Source: a virus (taxonomy: Duplodnaviria; Caudoviricetes). Taken from it: DNA of 64,000 bases. Positions within the stretch are counted from its first letter, which is position 1. Every line of letters begins with the position of its first letter. The stretch covers positions 1,711 to 65,710 of the IMG/VR virus record IMGVR_UViG_3300026484_000515; one strand, 5' to 3'. Position numbers and translations under genes: made by a program. Below are positions 29,351-39,109 of this stretch, piece by piece. Below the pieces are notes generated by a model that was given only the letters and a program-made list of their open reading frames with translations, searched no databases and had not been told where the DNA came from.

Positions 29351-32124
29351 TGGATAAGAATAAGAGAGAAATACTTGAGAATGCCAGGTTTAAAAGAGAT
29401 GAGAATGTTAATGTTAGGACTAAAGTTGATATAAGGAATATTTCTAAGGAAATACTTTCAATATTAGAAGTTGAAAGAAAGTTGACAATTGATGAAATAG
29501 TAGAAATAGAGAAAAAATTTGCTGATTTAATCTCTTTACTTGGTGAATTTTCAAAAACTTCTCAAAATTTATCTGAGGAAGACCACAGAATTTTATATGA
29601 TTTACTAAAAGAAATTTCTAATCTTAAGAAAGATTTTGAAGGTTTGGAAAAACCTTTAGATGAAATTTCAAAAGAAATAAAGAGAGCGGATTTACCTGAA
29701 AACATTAAAAAGATTTATGAAAAACTTGATGAAGATATTAAGAAATTCAAATCTTATGTTCAACCTGAAGAAAGGGGAACATTTAAGGGAATTTTCAAAG
29801 CATTTACAAGGAAATATTCAGAACAAAGGGAAGCAGGAGAAGGAAGGGTTTCTGCATTTTTAAAAGGAGCTAAGGTTTCTATAAAAGAAGGTGTTTTTGG
29901 TTTAAAAGAACATGAGAAAATACTTTCCAAGGAAGGATTAAAGAAAGCAGCATTAGGTGGAAGTGGTGTTTTCTTAAAATCTTTTGGAATGATAACAGGT
30001 GATTTACCATTAATTTTTGGAGGTGAATATCTTCATAAGAAAGCATTTGAAAGAAAACCTTTAAAAGAATCTGTAAAGTCTGATGTTAAAGAAGCTGTTA
30101 GTAGAATAACAGAAAAAATTGATGTAATAGGTGAAAAAGTAGGAATAAAACCTTCTGAGTTTGTGAAAAAAGAACCTGTAAAACTTGAAAGTAAAGAAAG
30201 TGAAGTCAAAGAGATAGCTGGTGAATTGAAAGTAGGTTCTGAGGAAGTTGTTCAAAAATTAGATTCAATAGAGAAAAAACTTGATGAGCAAAATAAAATC
30301 CTAAAAGATACATTATCTTTTGAAAAAGAAGTTCAGCAAGATAAAGAATTAGCTTTTAAGAAAGAACTTAAGGCAAAAGAAGGAAAAGAAATTAAAAAAG
30401 AAGAACTGGAAAAAGGAATTTTGAAAACTCCAGAATCATCAGGAACAAGTTTATTTGATGAATTTGATTTCCTTAAAAAAGGATGGAATTGGTTTAAAAA
30501 TACCCGTTTAGGACAAAGATTAACACAATCAAGAGTTTTCCAGAAATTAGTTTCAATGAAAGATAGTTTAATGGGTAAATTATTTCAGGGTAAAGAAAAA
30601 CTATTTGAATTTGGTGGAAAATTTCTGGAAAGAGGAAAAGGTCTTTTTGGAAATCTTTTATCAAAAGGAACAGGATTTTTAAGAGAAGGCAGATTAGGTT
30701 CTGTTATAGGAAGAGGATTATCTTTTGTAAAAGGTGGTAGAATTGCTGGTTTACTTTCAAAAGGTGGTTCTTTATTTTCAAAAATTCCTGGAATTGGTTC
30801 AAAATTGTTATCTTTTGGTGGAAGAGCAGGTTCACTTTTAGCTGGTGCTGAAGGAGCAGCTACAACAGGAACATTATTAGGTTCTGGTGCTTTGGCAAGT
30901 GCAGGTTCGGTTGCTTTAGGTGCTTTATCAAAAATAGCATTGCCATTAATGATAGCTAAAGGTGCTTTTGATGCATTTAAAGGATGGAAACATGCAGCTG
31001 AAATTACAGGAAAGAAAGAAGGAGAATTAAAATGGTATCATAAAGCAGGTGCAGCTGCATCATCTGTCCTTTCAGGATTAACTTTAGGATTGATAGGTCC
31101 AAAATCAATTTATAAATTTGGTGAGAAAACAGTAGGTGTTCTCAAAAAAGCATGGGAATATTCACCTATGGGTTTAATGTTTAAAGGAGGAAAAAAACTT
31201 TTTGGATGGTTATTTGGAAAGAAAAAAGAAGAAAAAGCAGAAAAAGCAGAATTAAAAAGTAAAAAACCTGAAATGACAAAGATAGGAGAAAAGAAGGAAG
31301 AAGTTAAACTTGAAAAGAGTGAAGTGGAAGTTAAAAAACCTGAAATAATGAAAAAAGAAAAGAAGAGAGAAAAAGCTAAATTAGAAAAGGGTGAGGCAGA
31401 AATTAAGAAACCTGAAGAAAAGGAAGAATCAGTTATATCAAAAGTGTTTAAAAAGTCTTTGATGTTGACACCTATTGGATTAACAATTGCAGGTTTAAAG
31501 AAAATAACAGATAAAACAGATGTTGGTGAAAAGTTAAAGGCAACATTTGAGAAAACCAAAGAATATCTGAAAGAGGGTATAAAAACTTCTCCGATTTTGG
31601 CTGGTTTTAAAGTTTTGAAAGAAAAAGTCTTTAGTTCTGATGCCATTTTAAAAGCAAAAGATGTAATTAAGGAAAAAATGGTTTCTTTAGGTTCTAAATT
31701 ATCTTTCCCATTTAGAAAAATTGGAACATTTGTTAAAGAGCATGATACGTTAAAAACTGTTTTAAAAACAGCATTACCTTTAGGTGCTTTTGCTTCATTA
31801 GCAGCAAAAATAGGATTAAAACCAAAAACAGAAGAAATAAAGAAAACTGAAGCAGAATTAAAAACAACTTTAAAAACAGAAGCAGAACCTATGAAAACAG
31901 AAGAAATAAAACAAAAAGTTATGGAGAAATTCCCATTTTCTCCTACTGCTGTTACAATAAAAGAAAAAGCACAGTTAGAAGAAGCAAAAGGTAAGAAAAA
32001 GGAAGAACAACAATTCTTCCCTGCTTATTATACAACAGATAGAGAAAAATATCATCCAGAAGTAATAGTTGGTGATACAAGTTTCTTATCAATTTTAGGA
32101 AAAATGATAGCAATTTCGGTGTGA
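29350..32124 (+). CDS. gp29: Tape measure / baseplate hub protein gp29-like
   Basis: 924 aa helical with G/A/L-rich central region and K/E-rich repeats, between gp51 and gp48. Confidence 0.65.
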   Translation: MDKNKREILENARFKRDENVNVRTKVDIRNISKEILSILEVERKLTIDEIVEIEKKFADLISLLGEFSKTSQNLSEEDHRILYDLLKEISNLKKDFEGLEKPLDEISKEIKRADLPENIKKIYEKLDEDIKKFKSYVQPEERGTFKGIFKAFTRKYSEQREAGEGRVSAFLKGAKVSIKEGVFGLKEHEKILSKEGLKKAALGGSGVFLKSFGMITGDLPLIFGGEYLHKKAFERKPLKESVKSDVKEAVSRITEKIDVIGEKVGIKPSEFVKKEPVKLESKESEVKEIAGELKVGSEEVVQKLDSIEKKLDEQNKILKDTLSFEKEVQQDKELAFKKELKAKEGKEIKKEELEKGILKTPESSGTSLFDEFDFLKKGWNWFKNTRLGQRLTQSRVFQKLVSMKDSLMGKLFQGKEKLFEFGGKFLERGKGLFGNLLSKGTGFLREGRLGSVIGRGLSFVKGGRIAGLLSKGGSLFSKIPGIGSKLLSFGGRAGSLLAGAEGAATTGTLLGSGALASAGSVALGALSKIALPLMIAKGAFDAFKGWKHAAEITGKKEGELKWYHKAGAAASSVLSGLTLGLIGPKSIYKFGEKTVGVLKKAWEYSPMGLMFKGGKKLFGWLFGKKKEEKAEKAELKSKKPEMTKIGEKKEEVKLEKSEVEVKKPEIMKKEKKREKAKLEKGEAEIKKPEEKEESVISKVFKKSLMLTPIGLTIAGLKKITDKTDVGEKLKATFEKTKEYLKEGIKTSPILAGFKVLKEKVFSSDAILKAKDVIKEKMVSLGSKLSFPFRKIGTFVKEHDTLKTVLKTALPLGAFASLAAKIGLKPKTEEIKKTEAELKTTLKTEAEPMKTEEIKQKVMEKFPFSPTAVTIKEKAQLEEAKGKKKEEQQFFPAYYTTDREKYHPEVIVGDTSFLSILGKMIAISV

Positions 32125-32131
32125 GGCAAAA

Positions 32132-32815
32132 ATGGCTAATTTTCCTTTGGATGTAACAAGAGGACCTTACATAAATTTTAAAGCATTTGAAGTGAGTTAT
32201 CTTGGGCATAATCTAACTTCTGCTTATAAACTTAAAAAAGGCAGTTTATTATGGGAATGTAATTTATATGCACCTGGTGGATTTAATGATACTGTGAGAA
32301 CAAGGTGGGATTCTGAGAATGTTTCATTGTTAGGAAAAGTTTCTTCAGGACTTGGAAGTAGATTACCAAATTTAAAGAGAATGATAGAAACTTCAATGGG
32401 ACATGTTGTTGCTCCGAATGAAATTTTACTATTTCATTCATCTGAACCGATTTCAATAAGTTTGTCTTTTAAATTGTTACCAAAAAATTCAGCAGAAGCA
32501 CAACAGGTAAATGAAATTGTTGCAAAATTTAAGTCATTTAATACACCAAAATTAAAAGGTGGAATGTTTAAAATTCCTCCATTATGGACAATAACAGTAG
32601 TAACACAAACAGGAGATATTTCATCAAGAAATCTTGTAAGATATGATTATATGGCACTTAATACTGTTTCGGTAACATATTCAGAAGGAAGTGATAGTTT
32701 GTTATATTTTGAAAATGGGTTGCCGGTTGGAATAAACCTATCACTTGAATTTACATGTGTATTTCCTGCTTTTAGAAGAGATTCTGAATCAGCACAAGGA
32801 ACACCTGAGAGGTAA
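32132..32815 (+). CDS. gp48: Baseplate tail-tube cap gp48-like
   Basis: PNEILLF...FKLLPKNSAEAQQVNEIV..FK...PPLW...L..VSVTY...G.PV.I.LSLEF. Confidence 0.8.
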   Translation: MANFPLDVTRGPYINFKAFEVSYLGHNLTSAYKLKKGSLLWECNLYAPGGFNDTVRTRWDSENVSLLGKVSSGLGSRLPNLKRMIETSMGHVVAPNEILLFHSSEPISISLSFKLLPKNSAEAQQVNEIVAKFKSFNTPKLKGGMFKIPPLWTITVVTQTGDISSRNLVRYDYMALNTVSVTYSEGSDSLLYFENGLPVGINLSLEFTCVFPAFRRDSESAQGTPER

Positions 32816-32818
32816 AAA

Positions 32819-33367
32819 ATGGTTGAACAGGTGGAATATAAACATCCATTTCATTATTTTGACCAATTTCTTGATGTAGAAGTGGATTTAAAACCATACC
32901 AGAATTATATGTTGAAATTTGATAAAAAATTTCAATTTTCAAACTGGCAACCTCTTAAAACTAAGTTAAAGAATTTGTTCTATCAGCATCAAATTATAAA
33001 CAATTATGCAAGAAACAAAACCTTCTTTATAAGGTATCAGGTAAAAGATTATGAAACAATGGAATATGTAGCTTATAAATTTTATGAAGATGTAGAATTT
33101 TGGTGGGTTATAGCTGTATTCAATAACATAAAAAATCCTTTCAATGATTGGATTTTAACGAATGAACAGTTACAAATGATTGCTTTATGGTTAACTGAGA
33201 AGGAAGGAAAATATCCTTATGAGGTTTATTATAAATTGCTCTTTGAAAGGAATGAGGAAAAGAGAAATATAATTATTTTGAGACCTGAAGAATTGAATAA
33301 TCTTGTATGGGAATTTATTCAAAAAATTAGAGAAACACAAGTTCAAAATTCTATATTTGAGGATTAG
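32819..33367 (+). CDS. gp53: Baseplate wedge subunit gp53
   Basis: YQVKDYETMEYVAYKFYEDVEFWWVIAVFNNIKNPFNDW, NEEKRNIIILRPE. Confidence 0.88.
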   Translation: MVEQVEYKHPFHYFDQFLDVEVDLKPYQNYMLKFDKKFQFSNWQPLKTKLKNLFYQHQIINNYARNKTFFIRYQVKDYETMEYVAYKFYEDVEFWWVIAVFNNIKNPFNDWILTNEQLQMIALWLTEKEGKYPYEVYYKLLFERNEEKRNIIILRPEELNNLVWEFIQKIRETQVQNSIFED

Positions 33368-33369
33368 GA

Positions 33370-34668
33370 ATGGATTTAACAAAGCAATTTACAAAAGGTA
33401 TTCTTGAAAAAGTTGTCTTTAAATTAAAATGTGGTGCAACAATAGATTTAGATCCTTCTTTTGTATCAAAATTAGTTATCTATGAATCTATGAGTCAACC
33501 TGGGGTAACAGGATTAATTGAAATAACGGATTATCAACAATTAGTTTCTTATGATGGAAGTGGATGTGGTGGAATTGCAGTTGGAGATGAAGTTCAAATT
33601 GCTTATAGAAGTGGAGATGAAACAGGACAGGACCCAAGAATAGCTAAGAATTTTTTGATATATCATGTTCAGGATTATGGACTTGATGAAAGATATGAAT
33701 TTAACAAAGTTACTATTAGATTTTGTTCAAAATGGTTAATTCCTGCTTTATGTGGTGGCTGTCCTCCAAAATATTGGAAGAATAAAAGAGCATCTGATGC
33801 CATAATAGATGTTTTATCTTCTTGTGGTTGTCCTTTTGGAAAGACAGATAAAACAAAAATTAAACATGAAATAATAGTGGCACCTACCTGTTGGAGTCCT
33901 TTAGCTTTTGCTTGGTATTATTTGTCCAGGGAAGAATCTGAAAGTTTTCATGCAAAGAATTGGGTTCTTTATGAATCACTTCATGTTGGCGTTATAATGT
34001 GCACAAAGAAAGAAATAATTCAAAGAAATGCTGAAATTTTTGGTGTTTTAAGTGATGATTTTATAGAATTGAATTTCAAGAATACTTTTTGGAAGGGAAA
34101 TGCAGTTTTAATGGAATATAAATCCTTGCTTGATGCAACAACACTATTCCATGGTCTTTTCAATTCTTATGCACAGGGTTTATGGTATGATACAGATGAA
34201 TTATGGGAAGTGGGAATAAAAGCAGTTTCAGAATGTGATGATAGGCATGTTACAGAAGCATTTCCTATGAATTCTGGTTTAGGTATGAGTATTCCCAAAT
34301 CAATTAAACAAGTTGGTGCATATCCTCAAAAAACTAAAAAATTAACTTTTGAAGAATTTCATAAGCCATTAATATCTTATGTAGAACATACAGCAGGGAA
34401 AACATATTCCGATGTTGTGAAGTTAGTTGTTCAAGTTCCTCTTTCTACAAAAAGAAAATGTGGACAATTCATTCATGTAAATGTTTTAAGACCTAATAAG
34501 AAAAAACCAACTTATGATATGCGTTTGACTGGATGTTATTATATGCATACTATAATGACAGTTTTTGAAGCACAGAAGGCATATCAGTTTATAGTTTTAA
34601 CACAAGATGGATACCATAAAGCAAGACCTGATATGGTTACATGGAAAAATTGGTTCTGTCCTGTTTAG
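33370..34668 (+). CDS. Baseplate hub protein (gp27-like)
   Basis: LVIYESM..PGVTG.IEITD N-terminus; C-terminal G..I...LTGCYYM; lies between gp53 and gp5. Confidence 0.6.
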   Translation: MDLTKQFTKGILEKVVFKLKCGATIDLDPSFVSKLVIYESMSQPGVTGLIEITDYQQLVSYDGSGCGGIAVGDEVQIAYRSGDETGQDPRIAKNFLIYHVQDYGLDERYEFNKVTIRFCSKWLIPALCGGCPPKYWKNKRASDAIIDVLSSCGCPFGKTDKTKIKHEIIVAPTCWSPLAFAWYYLSREESESFHAKNWVLYESLHVGVIMCTKKEIIQRNAEIFGVLSDDFIELNFKNTFWKGNAVLMEYKSLLDATTLFHGLFNSYAQGLWYDTDELWEVGIKAVSECDDRHVTEAFPMNSGLGMSIPKSIKQVGAYPQKTKKLTFEEFHKPLISYVEHTAGKTYSDVVKLVVQVPLSTKRKCGQFIHVNVLRPNKKKPTYDMRLTGCYYMHTIMTVFEAQKAYQFIVLTQDGYHKARPDMVTWKNWFCPV

Positions 34669-34680
34669 TGAGGTGTTAAA

Positions 34681-34866
34681 ATGAGTTTGAAATGTAAAAA
34701 GTGTAATAAAGAAGTGACGTGTTTTAAACTTCTTTCAAAGAAAGATAGTAAAAAAGTATATTTTTGTCCAAATTGTAAAGAGTTTTTTTCAAAAACAGTT
34801 GATGATGACGAGGAAACTTTATATGTAGTTGATTTTGAAAATAAAATAATTGAAGAGGTAAAATAA
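34681..34866 (+). CDS. small zinc-ribbon protein
   Basis: CKKC...FCPNC. Confidence 0.6.
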   Translation: MSLKCKKCNKEVTCFKLLSKKDSKKVYFCPNCKEFFSKTVDDDEETLYVVDFENKIIEEVK

Positions 34867-34867
34867 A

Positions 34868-35188
34868 ATGTATGGATATGAGCATTATCCATTTAATGAG
34901 AAAATACCTAAAAAGTTAAATGGGTTATATCTTGCTCAGGTTGTAGAGAATAGAGACCCTCTTGGTCTTGAAAGGATAAGGGTGAGAATTATAGGAATTC
35001 ATGATATGAGTAATCAGGATAAAGAATATTCAGTATGGGCGAGAAGATGTGTGCCTTCAAAATATTTGAATAATGGTGATTTGCCAGAAATAGGAGATTG
35101 GGTATATGTAATGTTTTTAAATGGTGATTATCAGAATCCTGTATGGTTGGGATGGGCGAGAACAATAGCAAAGGAAGAGGAAGGATAA
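34868..35188 (+). CDS. Baseplate spike gp5, N-terminal OB-fold domain (stand-alone)
   Basis: AQVVENRDPLGLERIRVRIIGIH...WA...PEIGDWVYVMFLNGDYQNPVWLG. Confidence 0.88.
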   Translation: MYGYEHYPFNEKIPKKLNGLYLAQVVENRDPLGLERIRVRIIGIHDMSNQDKEYSVWARRCVPSKYLNNGDLPEIGDWVYVMFLNGDYQNPVWLGWARTIAKEEEG

Positions 35189-35189
35189 A

Positions 35190-35891
35190 ATGCAAAAGAA
35201 AAAGATAGAATATAAAAAGGAAAGGAAGAAATATTTTAAAAGAAAACCAGATGAATCAACGATTTCAAGGTTTTTGCAGTTTAAATTACCTGAGAGGAAA
35301 TCATTAAAATGTTCAGTTTGTAAAACAGAAGAAAAAAGGACAATAGCTTATCCGATTAATCAATCAAGATATAAAAACATAAAAATGTCAGCTTGTGGCG
35401 ATTCTCATGAATGGGAAGAAAAAAGATGGGATGTTGAAAAAATTGAATATTGTAAATGCCAAGTAATGAAATCAGGAACAGGACATTATATTATATGGGA
35501 TTCTACAAAAGACCATGTTGAATTCTGGATAATTCATCCTAAATTGTCTTATGTTTCCTGGAGAAATAAAGGTGAAAAGTATGAGAGAAATAGAGAAAAA
35601 GTTTATTCATTTAATGATAAATGTGTTTACATTTACATTGGAAAAGATAGAATAACTTTAATAAAAGGTGATGAAAAAATAGAAATAGATGGTGAAATGA
35701 AAATGGAAGTTCATGGAAATATTTGTGTGAAATCTCATAAATCTATAAATGTGGAAGCAGCAGATTCTATTACATTGAAAGCACCTGAAATCAAACTTGA
35801 TGGTGAAACAACAATAACAAAGAACTTGCATGTAGAAAAGAATGTTTACGTAAAGAAGGATGTTTATGCAGAGGATTGTCATTGTGATTAA
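35190..35891 (+). CDS. Baseplate spike gp5, C-terminal beta-helix part
   Basis: SGTGHYIIWDST...IIHP, 8-residue IGKD/IKGD/IDGE/VHGN repeats, ITLKAPEIKLDG. Confidence 0.78.
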   Translation: MQKKKIEYKKERKKYFKRKPDESTISRFLQFKLPERKSLKCSVCKTEEKRTIAYPINQSRYKNIKMSACGDSHEWEEKRWDVEKIEYCKCQVMKSGTGHYIIWDSTKDHVEFWIIHPKLSYVSWRNKGEKYERNREKVYSFNDKCVYIYIGKDRITLIKGDEKIEIDGEMKMEVHGNICVKSHKSINVEAADSITLKAPEIKLDGETTITKNLHVEKNVYVKKDVYAEDCHCD

Positions 35892-35929
35892 AGAGAGTTC
35901 CAAAATTTTCAAGTTGAGGAAAAAGAACC

Positions 35930-37045
35930 ATGATATCATTTAAAACTTTTCTTTTAGAAGGCGGCAATGTAAAAGTAGGAGAAAAACAGGCAGATACAAT
36001 TGAATTAACGAAGATTCAGAGGAAGAAGTTTGTAAAAGATTTAATTGATTTTCTATGGAATTTGAATTTAGAATTTGAGAAAAAATATGGTGTAAGGATA
36101 TGGATTGAAAAATCTCTTCTTGAAAATGGAGATGTATTTTCAGGTTCATCGGAGCATTTTGTTAAAGTAGAAGAAATACCAGATGAGGAATTTGCAAAAT
36201 ATAAACCTCAAGTAGGAGATATAGATGTTCAGGTTCCAAAAACTTTAGAAGAGGAAATACAGGAATTTTTAAAACCAGGATTAAAAATAAAAGGATGGGA
36301 ATATATAGGAAAAAGCGATACATCAATAGGACAGATTTCAACATTGTGGTATTCTGAAAAGTGGAAATTATACCCTCAAATAGATTTTGAATTTGTTGAT
36401 TTTATAGAAGAAGGATTACCATCTCCCTGGGATAAATTTGCTCATTCTTCTGACTGGAATGATATCAAAAAAGGAATAAAAGGAGTATTTCACAAATGGT
36501 TGCTTGCTTGTGTTGATTATGCGTTTCCCAAACAGATTTGGTTAATGAAAGGAAAAAGAAATCCCAAGATAGTGAGAGTCATGATTCATGAACATGCTTT
36601 TTCTGTTTTTAAAGGTTTAAGGAAAAAATATGATTTTGCAAGAGATGAAAATGGAGAAATAATAAAATACAAAGGAGAACCTGTTTATGTAGAAATTCCA
36701 TCTAAAAAAGCATCTTATACAAAAGATTTAGAAACAATTTTCAAACTTCTCTTTAGAAGAGAACCACAACCCGGTGATATTCAGAAGATGAAATCTTTCA
36801 CAGGTCTAATAGATTTGATAAGAAGGTATATAAAAGACTATGAACAGATAAAAATGATTGTAAATGCTTTTGTTGATTATTGTTTTTCACCAAAATCTCA
36901 AGTTTTGTATAGAAATGATTTGTTGAAAGATATAAAAGTTAAAGCAACTGCTCTTAATATCTTATCAGAAGAATTGGGTGTTCCATTGGATATAGAAAAA
37001 ATAATAGCAGATTATAAAAGAGCAAAAGAGCAAAAATTGAGGTAA
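35930..37045 (+). CDS. Pol-beta-superfamily nucleotidyltransferase with capsid-targeting-type leader
   Basis: MISFKTFLLE leader; FSGSS...GDIDVQV...QIDF catalytic pattern; KGVFHK. Confidence 0.65.
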   Translation: MISFKTFLLEGGNVKVGEKQADTIELTKIQRKKFVKDLIDFLWNLNLEFEKKYGVRIWIEKSLLENGDVFSGSSEHFVKVEEIPDEEFAKYKPQVGDIDVQVPKTLEEEIQEFLKPGLKIKGWEYIGKSDTSIGQISTLWYSEKWKLYPQIDFEFVDFIEEGLPSPWDKFAHSSDWNDIKKGIKGVFHKWLLACVDYAFPKQIWLMKGKRNPKIVRVMIHEHAFSVFKGLRKKYDFARDENGEIIKYKGEPVYVEIPSKKASYTKDLETIFKLLFRREPQPGDIQKMKSFTGLIDLIRRYIKDYEQIKMIVNAFVDYCFSPKSQVLYRNDLLKDIKVKATALNILSEELGVPLDIEKIIADYKRAKEQKLR

Positions 37046-37047
37046 AA

Positions 37048-37911
37048 ATGCTAAGCAGAATTTTAAAACATCGTAAGAGAATTTTAGGAAATCAATTTCA
37101 GTCAAAAATAATTGATTTATTTCCATCTTTTAAAATCTTTTTAGCAGAAGGAGATATATACATAGATTTTTATGCTGGGAATGATAATAATTCGGGAAGG
37201 ACAAAAGACAAACCTATAAAGACACATCATAGGTTATTAGAAATAATGAATGAGATGAAAAACAATGGTGCTACAAGGATTGTTGTTTCAGTTATTCCAA
37301 GATGGTATCAAGTGGATTTTGGTGTTGATTATAGGGACCATACAGGTTGGTTGCCTGTATTAGATATACAAGAAACAGTTTATGAATTTAATGGAGCAAT
37401 AATTGATGGAACTGGATATAAATTTGGTGCAAGAGTAATTTATATGCAAAATAGGAATAGTTCAATTATAAGAAAATGTTATGTAAAGAATTGTATGATA
37501 ATTAATACAGTTGGTGGTGCTTTTGCAACCGGATTTAATACAGTAGCATTTCCTAATTATTATCAGGGAGATTATGATACTGCTCCTTGTGAATTACATT
37601 TGGAAAATATAAAGGCATTTAATCGTCATGTGGGGTATACTAATAGTTATGCTGATAAAATAATTGTGGAAAAGGAAGTAGAACATTATTATTCAGAAAC
37701 TTCAGCTTTTATTTACTGTAATGAAATAGATTATGTGAATTTTAAATCTAAAACGATTGTTCCTGGGGTTATTTTCAGACGTAATTCAGGTGGTATATAT
37801 GGTTCTGAAAATGTTGATACAAATGGAATTTGCACATTGGATGAATTTAAATCAAAGTATTCAAGTTGGTTTGAAAGTGCAGGAGAACCAGTTTATGTAA
37901 AAATATCATGA
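37048..37911 (+). CDS. Right-handed beta-helix (pectin-lyase-like) protein
   Basis: DIYIDFYAGNDNNSGRTKDKPIKT cap motif; GAIIDG. Confidence 0.6.
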   Translation: MLSRILKHRKRILGNQFQSKIIDLFPSFKIFLAEGDIYIDFYAGNDNNSGRTKDKPIKTHHRLLEIMNEMKNNGATRIVVSVIPRWYQVDFGVDYRDHTGWLPVLDIQETVYEFNGAIIDGTGYKFGARVIYMQNRNSSIIRKCYVKNCMIINTVGGAFATGFNTVAFPNYYQGDYDTAPCELHLENIKAFNRHVGYTNSYADKIIVEKEVEHYYSETSAFIYCNEIDYVNFKSKTIVPGVIFRRNSGGIYGSENVDTNGICTLDEFKSKYSSWFESAGEPVYVKIS

Positions 37912-37919
37912 GGTGAAAA

Positions 37920-38861
37920 ATGAGATTTTTGAACAGAATAAAGTTTGTAAAGGATAATAAAAAGAGATTTTTTAATTATCATTTGCATTTTACAAAAGCT
38001 GAATTGTTTAAAACCAACATTTTAAAATGGAGTGATGGTGATATATATGTAGATTTCATAGAAGGTTCTGATGCTAATGATGGTTTTTCTAAAAATAGAC
38101 CGATAAAAACTCATTTGAAGTTATTTGATACAATAAAGAATCTTTTAACTCAAGGAGTGAGAAATATAACAGTTTCATTTAAACCAGGATGGTATAGAAT
38201 AAAAGGTGATTCTGTAAATGGTGATTGCTGTTGGTTAGGAATACCATATGTGAATCAGAAATATAATATAACTTTTGAGTTTAATGATTCTATTTTAGAG
38301 TTTATAAGTGGTGTTCCTGTAAGATTGTTTGGTTGTCCTGATAAGGGAAGTAATGTTTCATATACTCTTGCTCCTGATGTTACAGTTCAAAATGCTATTT
38401 TTTCATATGCAACAGAAAGCACTATAAGGGGTGGAAGTTATTTTTCTGCTGGCTATAAAGTTGATTTATATCCTTCTACACATCATGGTTGGTATGATGA
38501 CAATACACTTACTTATCATGTAAAAAATGTGAAATGTTTTGAACATGGTGATGCTTTTTATTTGAATTCATCACAAGATATTGTTGAGGTAGAAGACTTT
38601 GAAATATACTCTACAGGTGAATATGAAGGAAATTATTGGTATAAAGTGTTTTATGTTAATAGATGCAAGTATGTGAAAATTCTTAACACAATGTATTATT
38701 CTTGTCCTGACCTTTATAGAAATGCACAACCTATAAATGCTCATTTGGCTATAAAAGTTCCATATATGACTTATGAAGAATTTAGACAAAAATTTAAATC
38801 TTGGTATGATAAATTTAAAACATATAAATTGTTCAAAATGGCAACATCTTATGAGAATTAG
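37920..38861 (+). CDS. Right-handed beta-helix protein, paralog of 37048
   Basis: DIYVDFIEGSDANDGFSKNRPIKTH cap motif; shared C-terminal EEF..KF.SW. Confidence 0.6.
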   Translation: MRFLNRIKFVKDNKKRFFNYHLHFTKAELFKTNILKWSDGDIYVDFIEGSDANDGFSKNRPIKTHLKLFDTIKNLLTQGVRNITVSFKPGWYRIKGDSVNGDCCWLGIPYVNQKYNITFEFNDSILEFISGVPVRLFGCPDKGSNVSYTLAPDVTVQNAIFSYATESTIRGGSYFSAGYKVDLYPSTHHGWYDDNTLTYHVKNVKCFEHGDAFYLNSSQDIVEVEDFEIYSTGEYEGNYWYKVFYVNRCKYVKILNTMYYSCPDLYRNAQPINAHLAIKVPYMTYEEFRQKFKSWYDKFKTYKLFKMATSYEN

Positions 38862-38870
38862 GAGTAGAAA

Positions 38871-39104
38871 ATGACTTCAACAGGAGATATAGCAAAAGCT
38901 GATTTTGTAATTTCAGATTTATTAACAAGAGACAATCAGTTATTGACACTTGCTGTAAGAAGTGCTAAAAATACAAAATATCTTCCAGATTTGTATCAGC
39001 ATTTAAAGAAATACTATAAGGATTTAATTCAGGAAATGGAATATACGGTGGATGATTTTGTAGTTGAATTAATAGGATTTGTGAATTCTCATTTAGAGAG
39101 GTAA
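38871..39104 (+). CDS. hypothetical protein
   Basis: 77-aa ORF, GGAG SD. Confidence 0.65.
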   Translation: MTSTGDIAKADFVISDLLTRDNQLLTLAVRSAKNTKYLPDLYQHLKKYYKDLIQEMEYTVDDFVVELIGFVNSHLER

Positions 39105-39109
39105 GAAAG

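Noticed and set aside
31220-31930. Degenerate repeats (KKPE..K.EK, KTEEIK/KTEAE) in the gp29-like gene
   Set aside because: In-frame low-complexity protein repeats expected in a tape-measure protein; not a DNA-level array.
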